Assembly (NCBI GenBank): GCA_964435605.1
Contig: CAYTAN010000002.1
Span: 1-42,645, forward strand
Direction: 5' to 3'
Source: an uncultured Dehalococcoidia bacterium
Lineage (GTDB): Bacteria > Chloroflexota > Dehalococcoidia > Lucifugimonadales > UBA826
DNA: 42,645 nucleotides
Part shown: positions 17,187 through 26,459 of the stretch, piece by piece
How positions within the stretch are numbered: the first letter of the stretch is position 1
Layout of the letters: every line of letters begins with the position of its first letter
Translations under genes and position numbers: made by a program
The notes under the pieces: model-generated
The model's input: only the letters and a program-made list of their open reading frames with translations
What the model was told of the DNA's origin: nothing
The model's database searches: none

Positions 17187-18767
17187 TTGGAAACTTTTGA
17201 AGAGTTTGTTCAACTGCCTCGGAAACAAATAATTGTAACTATGGCTTGCGTGATGTTTGCAATGTTTCTAGCAGCCCTGGACCAGACTATAGTTAGTACA
17301 GCAACTCCCAAAATTATTGCAAATTTGGGAGGGTTTGATAAATATACGTTGATTTCTACAGGGTATCTTTTAGCTTCAACCGTGACGGCCCCTATCGTTG
17401 GTAGTCTGTCTGATACTTATGGTCGTAAATGGTTTTTTATAGGGGCCGTCGTTGTTTTTGTTATAGGGTCGATTTTATGTGGTTTCAGCTCAAATATTAA
17501 TCAGCTTGTTATATACAGAGTTATTCAGGGTGTGGGTGGTGGTGTAATAATGGCGATTACTTTCATTTCAATTGCTGATTTATTTCCACCTTCTGATCGT
17601 GGGAAGTACATGGGGCTAGTTGCTGGGTGCTATGGTCTGTCGTCGGTAATTGGCCCTACCCTCGGTGGATACATAACGGATACTTTTTCGTGGCATTGGA
17701 TTTTCTTTGTAAATGTGCCTCTTTCCATACCAGTTTTAATTTTGTTGTACAGGTATTTTCCAGAGACGGACGTAAGTCGCAGGAATGCGCTACTAGATAG
17801 GCAGCTAGACTGGAAAGGCATGGTCTTATTAATAGTCGGAGTCACATTGGCCGTGGTAGGGCTGTCATTTATTGGAGCCCAAGTTGCTAAGTCCACCTTG
17901 ATTGGAGCCGTGCTAGTGACGATCGGGGCCACATTAATATGTATTTTCTTGAAGATAGAAAATGAAGCGCAAAATCCAATATTACCTCTAAGTATTTTTA
18001 GGATTCGAATGGTGTCGGTGTCATTGTTTCTTACCCTTTTGACAGGGTTTTCCATGTTTGGAGCTATTATTTTTGTACCGTTATATTTCCAGGGAGTTTT
18101 GGGGCTTTCTGCAACAAATAGTGGAACATTTCTCACGCCGATGATGTTGGGTGTGGTTATTGGTGCTGCCATATCTGGACAGGTTTTATCTAGGACGAGT
18201 GGTCAATTTAGACTTCAGTTCTTTCTTGGAGTATTAATAATGTCTCTAGGAACGTTTTTATTTGTAACTCTGGATGAGAAGTCCACATATGGTGTCTCAA
18301 TAACTTATATAGTTTTATTAGGGTTTGGGTTGGGTTCTACATTTCCAACCTTGACGGTTGCAGTGCAAAACTTTACTCCTCCGGCCTTGATTGGCGCGGC
18401 TACCAGCCTAACCCAGTTTGCTAGATCGGTAGGCGGATTATTGGGATTATCCGTTTTAGGCATGGTTCTGTCTGGCAGATTTAGTGCTCGGTTCGAAGAT
18501 AAAGTTTTAGAAACAACGATACCAATTCAGAAAGGTGTTCTTGATAGTGTAAAAAATGATCCACGGATTCTGGTGGATTCTGAGGGCCAAGGAATTATCA
18601 ACGAATTGGTATCTGGTTTGAGTTTGGAACAATCGGAAGAGTTATTGATTTTGTTGAAGCAAGTATTGAATGGTGCTATTGGTGACGTATTTATTGTATC
18701 TTTTGCCATTCTGATATTATCCTTAGGAATGTCTGTATTGCTGAATCAAAAGGGATTCACCAGATAG
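17187..18767 (+). CDS. MFS transporter, DHA2 family, copy 3
   Basis: 526 aa with a TTG start. Motifs: LAALDQTIVSTATPKI, GSLSDTYGRKWFF, QGVGGGV, GPTLGGYITDTFSWHWIFFVNVP. Confidence 0.85.
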   Translation: METFEEFVQLPRKQIIVTMACVMFAMFLAALDQTIVSTATPKIIANLGGFDKYTLISTGYLLASTVTAPIVGSLSDTYGRKWFFIGAVVVFVIGSILCGFSSNINQLVIYRVIQGVGGGVIMAITFISIADLFPPSDRGKYMGLVAGCYGLSSVIGPTLGGYITDTFSWHWIFFVNVPLSIPVLILLYRYFPETDVSRRNALLDRQLDWKGMVLLIVGVTLAVVGLSFIGAQVAKSTLIGAVLVTIGATLICIFLKIENEAQNPILPLSIFRIRMVSVSLFLTLLTGFSMFGAIIFVPLYFQGVLGLSATNSGTFLTPMMLGVVIGAAISGQVLSRTSGQFRLQFFLGVLIMSLGTFLFVTLDEKSTYGVSITYIVLLGFGLGSTFPTLTVAVQNFTPPALIGAATSLTQFARSVGGLLGLSVLGMVLSGRFSARFEDKVLETTIPIQKGVLDSVKNDPRILVDSEGQGIINELVSGLSLEQSEELLILLKQVLNGAIGDVFIVSFAILILSLGMSVLLNQKGFTR

Positions 18768-18798
18768 TTTTAGACAAAAAAAGTTGAGGAGATTTCAC

Positions 18799-19026
18799 GT
18801 GTCAAATATGGAACCTGAAAACATTACTCAGTACGAATGCCCAAAGTGTGCTAATAGTGGATATGAGACTGGAACTATTAGGACCACGGGAGGAGGATTT
18901 TCAAGATTCTTAGATATCCAAAACAATGTGTTTTCACACCTTACTTGTGACAATTGCGGATACACAGAATTTTTCAAGCGCAGAAGCGGGAAGTTCGGAA
19001 ATATCATGGATATGTTTACCGGATAG
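18799..19026 (+). CDS. Small zinc-ribbon protein (two CxxC pairs)
   Basis: CPKC ... CDNC flank TGGGFSRFLDIQNN. GAGGAG SD lies 7 nt before GTG 18799. ATG 18808 is an alternative start, and the track ORF starts at TTG 18784. Confidence 0.65.
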   Translation: MSNMEPENITQYECPKCANSGYETGTIRTTGGGFSRFLDIQNNVFSHLTCDNCGYTEFFKRRSGKFGNIMDMFTG

Positions 19027-19080
19027 ATCCTTTTTGAACTTTACAGATTATTTCACTAGTTAGTTATCTTGGGTGTAATT

Positions 19081-20178
19081 ATGAGTAATAAAAGAGTGAC
19101 CATTTTGGGCGGCGGAAACACAGCTTTTTCTGTTGCGGCAAGACTGAGCCATATCGGAATGTCTGTGTGTATATTAGAGCATCCAGATTTTGCTGGAACC
19201 ATTAGTACTATCGCACGCACGAAAACAATTACTCTTGAAGGTGTGATGGAAACAGGCCCGGTTGCTGTTGAAAAAGTCACTCTTGATCCTAAAGAAGCGT
19301 TAGACTTCGCAGATTTATTGCTATTAATCGTACCTGCTTATGCTCATCGTCCTTTTGCTCAGTTTTGTGCACCTCACCTCAAGAACAGCCATACTGTCGT
19401 AATAATGCCAGGCACGATGGGGACTCTGGAGTGGAATGAGATTTCTAAAGAATTCGGGGTATCTGATGTTACTGTTGCAGAGGTTGATACGGCTCCTTAT
19501 GTTTGTCGTAAAACATCAGACTCGGGTGCAGTGATATGGGGTGAAGTCTCCACACTCGGACTGGGAGTTTTTCCATCAAGCCAAAGCACACAGGTAAGTG
19601 AGATGCTGAAGCCGTTATTTTCTAATATAAGCCTTTACGATGATGTGGTAGCTTGCGGATTGTCAGCAATGAACCCCGTTGTTCACCCCGCAGGAGTTTT
19701 AATGAATGCTGGCCGAGTGGAGTATTCAAGAGGAGAGTTTTATTTTTATGAGGAAGGGGTTTCATCTTCAGTAGCAAAAGTTATTGAAACAGTGGACGAA
19801 GAAAGAAGATCGATTGGAAAAGCTTTAGGATATGAGTTGATGCCCGTTGGCGAAGCATTTCATGCCGCAGGATTTGGTCCATCGGGGAATATTTGGGAGG
19901 CCATAAATGGAAGCCATATGCTAACCAGGCTGAAGGCTCCTGGAAGTTTAGAAAGTAGATGGCTCACAGAGGACATACCTTACGGCATTGCAGTCTGGAG
20001 CAAACTGGGCACTCAATATGGAGTAGAAACACCCGTTATTGATTCGCTGGTTTCATTGGGTAGTGTGGTGATGGGTTTAGATGGGTGGGAAGAAGGAAGA
20101 GGGTTGATGGATCTAGGGATATCAGGGTTGTCTAAATCCGAGCTGAAAGATTTCTTGCATACAGGTAACACAGCCTAA
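19081..20178 (+). CDS. NAD/NADP octopine/nopaline (opine) dehydrogenase-family oxidoreductase
   Basis: Rossmann motif KRVTILGGGNTAFSVAARL, with overall length and C-terminal helical domain pattern fitting the family. Start taken at ATG 19081 (track: TTG 19069). Confidence 0.78.
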   Translation: MSNKRVTILGGGNTAFSVAARLSHIGMSVCILEHPDFAGTISTIARTKTITLEGVMETGPVAVEKVTLDPKEALDFADLLLLIVPAYAHRPFAQFCAPHLKNSHTVVIMPGTMGTLEWNEISKEFGVSDVTVAEVDTAPYVCRKTSDSGAVIWGEVSTLGLGVFPSSQSTQVSEMLKPLFSNISLYDDVVACGLSAMNPVVHPAGVLMNAGRVEYSRGEFYFYEEGVSSSVAKVIETVDEERRSIGKALGYELMPVGEAFHAAGFGPSGNIWEAINGSHMLTRLKAPGSLESRWLTEDIPYGIAVWSKLGTQYGVETPVIDSLVSLGSVVMGLDGWEEGRGLMDLGISGLSKSELKDFLHTGNTA

Positions 20179-20208
20179 AAATGAAACTATATTTTGTCGC
20201 GTTTCGGT

Positions 20209-20238
20209 TTGACCACTCATTAATTTGGGCAGTATAAT
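20209..20238 (+). promoter_or_regulatory. Sigma-70-like promoter upstream of purF (TTGACC - 18 nt - TATAAT)
   Basis: -35 element TTGACC at 20209-20214 and -10 element TATAAT at 20233-20238, both read directly. Confidence 0.45.
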
Positions 20239-20294
20239 CGGAGTGCACTTTCACAGTGTTTTTTTAGTATAGAACCGATCCATGAAACCATTAA

Positions 20295-21800
20295 ATGGCA
20301 AATCAGCGCGGGGTCTACGTTATCGGGCAAGAAAATTTGATTTCTGACTATACAGACGCAAGTCAACAATTGGATGCAGGTGTTGCAAATTTGCATCAAG
20401 ATTCAGATGATTCTATGAAAGAAGCCTGTGGGGTTGTTGGAGTGTATGCAAGGGGTGAGGAGGCTGCCAGGGCTACATTTTTTGGATTGTACGCACTACA
20501 ACATCGCGGTCAGGAAAGTGCTGGAATAGCCGCTAGTGACGGGAGACAAATCAGGACCCATAAAGAGATGGGGTTGGTTGGGCAAGCCTTTCAGGAATAC
20601 GATCTTTCAAGATTACCTGGTTATATCGCTGTTGGCCAGACACGATATTCAACGACCGGTTCATCGAATATTAACAATGCTCAGCCGATAATATCTGAAG
20701 GTCCCGATGTAGAAATTGCACTGGGTCATAATGGTAATGTCATTAATGCTGTTGATTTGAAGGAAGAGCTGGGTCAATGGGGTCTGAGTTTTAATTCAAC
20801 TGCGGACTCGGAGGTTATCGCACATTTGGTGAGTAATGCACCGGTGACAGAGTGGTCTGATAGATGTGCATATGTGATGCGGAAGCTGCAAGGGGCATAT
20901 TCCCTGGTGATTATGACGAAAGATAAGCTTTTTGGGATGAGGGATCCCTTGGGTGTTCGGCCTCTTTGTGTAGGTAAAGTAAATGGAGGCTGGGTAATTG
21001 CATCTGAGTCATGTGCACTTGATCATGTGGGTGCAGACTTTGTAAGAGAGGTCGAACCTGGCGAAGCAATACAAATAGATGATGAGGGTTTACATACGAT
21101 ATACAGGAAAGAAGCCGAAGGTCCACTTGGAACCTGCATATTTGAAAACATCTATTTTGCACGGCCGGATAGCTTGCTTAACGGACAGTTGGTTTACAGT
21201 TCCCGCATGGCAATGGGAGCAGAACTCGCCAAGGAGTTTCCAATCGATGCAGATGTAGTGATTGGTGTTCCTGATTCTGCTACAGCGGCAGCCGTAGGTT
21301 ATTCTCAGGAATCCGGAATTCCGTTTACGGAAGGTCTCGTGAAGAATCGTTATGTTGGACGAACGTTCATATTACCGGATCAAAGATTGAGAGAACTGGG
21401 AGTGAGACGCAAGTTGAATTTGTTGCCTCAAATACTAGAAGGAAAAAAAGTTGTTGTTGTTGATGACAGCATTGTTAGAGGTACAACGACACCCCATGTG
21501 GTGAGCCTTTTGAGAAAAGGTGGAGCCAAGGAAGTACATCTTCGTATTTGCGCTCCTCCAATAATTTCTCCTTGTCATTTTGGAGTCGATATGGCGACTA
21601 AAAATGAGCTTATTGCCGGAAATAAGTCAGTTGAAGAAATTAGGCAATTTGTTGGGGCCGATTCTTTAGGTTTTTTGAGTCAGAAAGGATTATTAAGGTC
21701 CGTTTCTGGTAGTAAGGAAAGATATTGCATGGGTTGTTTTACCGGAAATTACCCAATACCTGTCCAACTTGAAATGGACAAGCTGGTCTTAGAGGCATAG
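20295..21800 (+). CDS. purF: Amidophosphoribosyltransferase (Fe-S, propeptide type)
   Basis: Ntn nucleophile in ACGVVGVYA, PRPP loop VVVVDDSIVRGTT, and Fe-S Cys motifs PCHFGVD and CMGCFTGNYP. Start is uncertain: ATG 20295 leaves 44 residues before the catalytic Cys, while ATG 20415 leaves 4 (MKEA|C). Confidence 0.92.
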   Translation: MANQRGVYVIGQENLISDYTDASQQLDAGVANLHQDSDDSMKEACGVVGVYARGEEAARATFFGLYALQHRGQESAGIAASDGRQIRTHKEMGLVGQAFQEYDLSRLPGYIAVGQTRYSTTGSSNINNAQPIISEGPDVEIALGHNGNVINAVDLKEELGQWGLSFNSTADSEVIAHLVSNAPVTEWSDRCAYVMRKLQGAYSLVIMTKDKLFGMRDPLGVRPLCVGKVNGGWVIASESCALDHVGADFVREVEPGEAIQIDDEGLHTIYRKEAEGPLGTCIFENIYFARPDSLLNGQLVYSSRMAMGAELAKEFPIDADVVIGVPDSATAAAVGYSQESGIPFTEGLVKNRYVGRTFILPDQRLRELGVRRKLNLLPQILEGKKVVVVDDSIVRGTTTPHVVSLLRKGGAKEVHLRICAPPIISPCHFGVDMATKNELIAGNKSVEEIRQFVGADSLGFLSQKGLLRSVSGSKERYCMGCFTGNYPIPVQLEMDKLVLEA

Positions 21801-21821
21801 GAACAAGTTTGGGTTTATATA

Positions 21822-22415
21822 TTGTCTAGAATTCCCGTATCGCTCGGTGTAATGGCTTCTCATGGGGGTACCAATTTACAAGCAATTATGAACGCTTGCG
21901 ATGAAGGTGTGCTGAATGCCGAAATTAAGCTAGTAATAAGCAATAATTCTGAATCCAAGGCGTTATCAAGAGCAAGAGCTGGAGATATCCCAGCATTACA
22001 TTTTAGTAGTTTCACCAATCCTGATTTTGGGGATTTGGACCGGGCACTGAAAAATGAATTCACCTCGAGAGCAGTAGAGTACATTATTTTGGCCGGTTAC
22101 ATGCGGAAAGTGGGTCCTATACTTTTACGTGCTTTTTCTGGCAAGGTATTAAATAGTCATCCATCGCTGTTGCCGAAGTATGGAGGGCGGGGCATGTATG
22201 GAGACAGGGTACATGAGGAGGTTATTAAAAATGGAGAAACTGAAACAGGGGTTACTATTCATATTGTTGATGGAGGATATGATAGCGGTATAGTTATATC
22301 TCAAGAAAAAGTCGCGGTTTTAGAGGGAGACTCAGTCGAGGATTTGCGACGACGTGTGCAGGAGGTCGAGCATCGTTTGTGGGTCAAAGTGTTACGAGAT
22401 ATCTGCGAAAGTTAA
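21822..22415 (+). CDS. purN: Phosphoribosylglycinamide formyltransferase
   Basis: ASHGGTNLQAI, LAGYMRK and NSHPSLLPKYGG. TTG start. Confidence 0.9.
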   Translation: MSRIPVSLGVMASHGGTNLQAIMNACDEGVLNAEIKLVISNNSESKALSRARAGDIPALHFSSFTNPDFGDLDRALKNEFTSRAVEYIILAGYMRKVGPILLRAFSGKVLNSHPSLLPKYGGRGMYGDRVHEEVIKNGETETGVTIHIVDGGYDSGIVISQEKVAVLEGDSVEDLRRRVQEVEHRLWVKVLRDICES

Positions 22416-22494
22416 GAAAACGGATCTATGAATTTACCTAGGAGCCGTCGCTATTATAGTTTTTTAGTAATTGTATCGTTAGGATTTAAAAATC

Positions 22495-23523
22495 ATGCGC
22501 AAGGCCACTTATCACTCTGCGGGAGTTAACCTAGAAGCCTCAGAACAAGTTAAAAATCAAATTAAGGAATTGGCGGCCAATACCTATGGCCCTGATGTTT
22601 TAGGGGGCGTGGGTGGTTTTGGGGCTATGTACAAGGTTGCTGGTTACAAACAACCTGTTCTTGTATCCAGTACTGACCCGGTTGGAACCAAACTAATGGT
22701 TGCAGGAATGGCCGGCGACTATTCTAATATTGGAATAGACTTGGTAAACGCATGTATAAATGATGTAATTGTCGTCGGAGCGTCACCATTATTCTTTTTG
22801 GATTATATAGCCACGTCCAAGATGAACCCAGAGGTTGTAAATACGGTGGTTTCTGGAATAGCTGAAGCTTGTAAGGAAGTTAACTGTGCATTAATTGGTG
22901 GCGAAACTTCAGAAATGCCCGGTGTGTTTGCCGATAACAACTTCGATATATCCGGATTTATAGTTGGAATAGTTGAAGAACAAGATATGCTTCGTCCCCA
23001 TGACAATATTGAACCAGGAAATATGGTAATTGGACTGCCATCCAATGGGTTACATACTAATGGATATTCGTTGGTCAGGCATATTTTCGAATTGGATAAA
23101 AACCCTCAACCGTTGTTTAATGAAATACAGGAGTTGGGATGCACTTTGGCTCAGGCGTTGCTTGCACCGCATCCGTCTTACTATGAAGCGCTCAAGCCTG
23201 TCCTAAGGTTGTCGAAAGGTATTGCACACATAACCGGGGGTGGATTGTACGAAAATGTTCCCCGCATACTTCCAGATTCTTTGGGCGTGGTCTTCGATTC
23301 AAGTAGTTGGCAGAAACCAAGAATTTTTAATCATATTGAAAAAGCAGGAAATGTAGCGATTGAAGAGATGTACAGGGTTTTCAATATGGGCCTAGGGATG
23401 GTCATAATATGTGATTCCAAAGATGTTGGATCCGTGCTAGCGACGGTACCTGAGTCTCTGGTTGTAGGGGAGGTGATTAGCGAATCTGATCAATCGCGGA
23501 GAGTATCAATTAAAAACATATAA
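22495..23523 (+). CDS. purM: Phosphoribosylformylglycinamidine cyclo-ligase (AIR synthetase)
   Basis: TYHSAGVN, GGFGAMY, STDPVGTKL, GGETSEMPG, ITGGGL. Confidence 0.93.
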   Translation: MRKATYHSAGVNLEASEQVKNQIKELAANTYGPDVLGGVGGFGAMYKVAGYKQPVLVSSTDPVGTKLMVAGMAGDYSNIGIDLVNACINDVIVVGASPLFFLDYIATSKMNPEVVNTVVSGIAEACKEVNCALIGGETSEMPGVFADNNFDISGFIVGIVEEQDMLRPHDNIEPGNMVIGLPSNGLHTNGYSLVRHIFELDKNPQPLFNEIQELGCTLAQALLAPHPSYYEALKPVLRLSKGIAHITGGGLYENVPRILPDSLGVVFDSSSWQKPRIFNHIEKAGNVAIEEMYRVFNMGLGMVIICDSKDVGSVLATVPESLVVGEVISESDQSRRVSIKNI

Positions 23524-23556
23524 AAATGAAGGATTGTGCCGAGGGAGGTACCTTTA

Positions 23557-25080
23557 ATGAAAGCGCTTCTCAGCGTATACGATAAAACAGGAATTGTAGA
23601 TTTCGGTAGTGGTCTTGCAAAAGCTGGATACAGCCTTGTTAGCACAGGAGGCACTTTCCGAGAACTGGATTCTAAAGGTGTAAATGTCACACAAGTGTCT
23701 GATTTGACGGGGTCTCCTGAAATACTTGAAGGAAGGGTGAAGACCCTGCATCCTACGATTCATGGGGGTATTCTGGCTAGACGTGATGTGCCTAGCCATA
23801 TTTCTCAACTACAACAAAATGGAATTGATGAAATTGATGTCGTTGTTGTGAATTTATATCCTTTTGTCGACACTGTTTCCAAACCAGATGTGGAACTTTC
23901 TGAGGCGCTCGAAAATATAGACATAGGCGGCCCTACAATGATTAGATCAGCCGCAAAAAATTTTAGAGATGTGATTGTCGTGGTGGATCCATCGGATTAT
24001 GAATGGATTGGGAACAGTATAGCTTCAGGAAATGGATTGACTGAACTAGAAAGGAAAGCCCTGGCACAGAAGGCATTTCAACATGTGGCTCATTATGACA
24101 CAGCAATTTCTAATTGGCTTAGAGGCAGATCAGTGTTATCAGAAAAAGTGGTAACTACAGGGTATGAGAAGTTATCGGATCTTAGATATGGTGAGAACCC
24201 TCATCAAAAAGCTGCAGTTTACAAAGGGGTGCTTTCAGATGGTGGGGTTGTTGAATCGAAACAATTACACGGACTACCTATGTCATATACTAATTTTCTA
24301 GATGCGGATGCGGCTTGGACTACGGTGTCTGATTTCGAATCTCAAGCTTGTGTGGTAGTGAAACACACAAATCCTTGCGGGATTTCTGTTAACGAAGATC
24401 AGGTTGCAGCGTATCGAAATGCGTTTTCCGGTGATACCGTATCAGCATATGGTGGAATAGTTGGATTTAACAGAGAGGTGAGCACAGATACAGCAAACGC
24501 CATGAAGGGTGTTTTGTTCGATATCATTATTGCCCCTTCATTCAGTAAAGAAGCTCTAGAAGTATTTACCCGCCGAAAGCGCACAAGAATTTTGCAAGCG
24601 ACCCCAGCAAAAGGACCCATTAATGACGTGATGTTTAAGACTGTGTCGGGCGGTGTTTTAATTCAAACATTAGATAGAGGAAGTGAGGATCAATCCTCTT
24701 GGAAAGTTGTTAGTAAAAGACCTCCGTCCGACTCTGAATGGGAGGATATGGCATTCGCTTGGCAGTGCGTGAGACACATAAAGTCCAATACTATAGTACT
24801 TGCTAAAGATGGGACATTAGTAGGTATGGGTGCGGGACAGCCTAATAGAGTTGTTAGCATTCATTTGGCTTTGAGAATTGCTGAAGATAAATCTAAAGGA
24901 TCTGCTTTAGCTTCTGATGCTTTTATGCCTTTTGCAGACAATATTGAAATGGCTGCTAGTGGTGGGATTACCTCTGTGATTCAGCCGGGAGGATCTATCA
25001 GGGATTCTGAAGTAATTGAGGCTGCTGATAAATACGGTATAAGCGTAGTGTTCACTGGGACTCGCCATTTCAATCATTAG
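23557..25080 (+). CDS. purH: Bifunctional AICAR formyltransferase / IMP cyclohydrolase
   Basis: MKALLSVYDKTGIVDF, VKTLHPTIHGGILAR, LRYGENPHQ, KHTNPCG, QPGGSIRD. GAGGGAGG SD lies 8 nt before ATG 23557 (track start: GTG 23536). Confidence 0.93.
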   Translation: MKALLSVYDKTGIVDFGSGLAKAGYSLVSTGGTFRELDSKGVNVTQVSDLTGSPEILEGRVKTLHPTIHGGILARRDVPSHISQLQQNGIDEIDVVVVNLYPFVDTVSKPDVELSEALENIDIGGPTMIRSAAKNFRDVIVVVDPSDYEWIGNSIASGNGLTELERKALAQKAFQHVAHYDTAISNWLRGRSVLSEKVVTTGYEKLSDLRYGENPHQKAAVYKGVLSDGGVVESKQLHGLPMSYTNFLDADAAWTTVSDFESQACVVVKHTNPCGISVNEDQVAAYRNAFSGDTVSAYGGIVGFNREVSTDTANAMKGVLFDIIIAPSFSKEALEVFTRRKRTRILQATPAKGPINDVMFKTVSGGVLIQTLDRGSEDQSSWKVVSKRPPSDSEWEDMAFAWQCVRHIKSNTIVLAKDGTLVGMGAGQPNRVVSIHLALRIAEDKSKGSALASDAFMPFADNIEMAASGGITSVIQPGGSIRDSEVIEAADKYGISVVFTGTRHFNH

Positions 25081-25120
25081 AATTACGAAGAGGTTTTAAC
25101 TGGAAGCAGAAAGGGTTGCA

Positions 25121-25867
25121 ATGAAATTAGATATTGTGATTCCAGTATTGAACGAAGAGAAAAGCTTATCTAATTGTGTTGATGCAGTTATCGATTATTG
25201 CGGAAGGTATTTGTCTTTGTGGGATTTTAGGGTTGTGATAGCTGATAATGGATCTACTGATCGTACCAGTGAAATTGGAAAATCTCTTGTTCAAAAGTAT
25301 TCTGAAGTCTCGTACTTTAGGATGGAACAACGTGGCAGGGGAAGAGCTCTTAAGAGTGTTTGGTCTAAATCTGACGCTGATGTAGTTTCATATATGGATG
25401 TTGACTTGTCCACAGATTTAGGATCTCTCTCTAAGGCGGTGGAGCATGTTTCCACCAATCGCTGTGACATATGTGTAGGTTCCAGGCTATTACCTGATTC
25501 CAAAGTTAGAAACCGTTCTTTGCGGCGTAGTTTTATCTCAAGAAGTTATAGTTTCATATTTAGGGTACTATTCCTCGTCTCATTTAGAGACGCCCAATGT
25601 GGATTCAAAGTTATTTTGAAGTCTTCTTTAGATAAAGTTTTACCCCATGTTAAAGACTCAGGATGGTTTTTTGATACTGAGTTATTGATACTGTCCGAGA
25701 AAAGTCGATATAAAATATGTGAAATTCCGGTAATATGGACGGATGACCCTGATTCGAAGGTCAACGTGATTGAGACGGCGTGGAAAGACATTAAAGGTCT
25801 TCTTCGTTTAAGGTTCGGCGGCTTGTCAGTGTGCAAGAAGATTATTTCAAATAGATGTTCCAGATAA
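25121..25867 (+). CDS. Family-2 glycosyltransferase (polyprenyl-phosphate sugar synthase-like)
   Basis: IVIPVLNEE, VIADNGSTDRT, and the MDVDLSTD (DxD) motif. Confidence 0.8.
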   Translation: MKLDIVIPVLNEEKSLSNCVDAVIDYCGRYLSLWDFRVVIADNGSTDRTSEIGKSLVQKYSEVSYFRMEQRGRGRALKSVWSKSDADVVSYMDVDLSTDLGSLSKAVEHVSTNRCDICVGSRLLPDSKVRNRSLRRSFISRSYSFIFRVLFLVSFRDAQCGFKVILKSSLDKVLPHVKDSGWFFDTELLILSEKSRYKICEIPVIWTDDPDSKVNVIETAWKDIKGLLRLRFGGLSVCKKIISNRCSR

Positions 25868-25881
25868 AATAAAGGAATCTA

Positions 25882-26406
25882 ATGGGTAATGTGTTGTTGG
25901 TCGTCGATATGATTGTTGGGTTTTTGGAGCCTGGCCATAATTTGTTTTGTGGAGATAAGGCTAGAGACATAATTCCGAATGTACAAGAATTGATTGATCG
26001 TGAGATGGATCTGGGCAGTGAAGTTATATTTATTAATGATAATCACGAGCCTGACGATTTAGAGTTTGAAATGTTTCCGGTACACTGCCTTGTTGGAACA
26101 GAGGAAACTTCAGTGATTCCAGAATTGAGAAAATTCGCTGCTAACGTCATACCTAAAAATCGGTATAGTGCTTTTTATGGAACAGAGCTAGAACAAACAT
26201 TGGCATTGTTAGAGCCGGAGAAGGTTACTATTTGCGGTGTCTGTACCGATATATGTATTTTGCATACAACAGCTGATGCGAGAAATCGGGACTATAAAGT
26301 CGAAATTAGGGAAAGTACGATAGCATCGTTTGATGAGGAAGCTCATAATGTTGCATTGAAGCACATGGAAAACATTCTGGGTGCCAAGATCATACGTGAC
26401 TTATAA
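25882..26406 (+). CDS. pncA: Isochorismatase-family cysteine hydrolase, probable nicotinamidase
   Basis: LLVVDM (catalytic Asp context), PKNRYSAF (Lys), and the ICGVCTDICILHT nucleophile Cys. It is adjacent to the NAPRT gene. Confidence 0.72.
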   Translation: MGNVLLVVDMIVGFLEPGHNLFCGDKARDIIPNVQELIDREMDLGSEVIFINDNHEPDDLEFEMFPVHCLVGTEETSVIPELRKFAANVIPKNRYSAFYGTELEQTLALLEPEKVTICGVCTDICILHTTADARNRDYKVEIRESTIASFDEEAHNVALKHMENILGAKIIRDL

Positions 26407-26459
26407 TTAAAAATATAATGATGACTTGGCTTAACAAAGGCATGTAGAGAGATAACATA

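Noticed and set aside
17630-18172. 180-aa minus-strand ORF. Similar long shadow ORFs occur at 33481-33942 (+), 39269-39715 (+), 10094-10471 (+), 26644-26973 (+), 2254-2610 (-) and 42038-42259 (-).
   Set aside because: Each lies entirely inside a well-supported gene, either on the opposite strand or in another frame. Their composition is low-complexity and unlike real proteins, and no family motifs are present.
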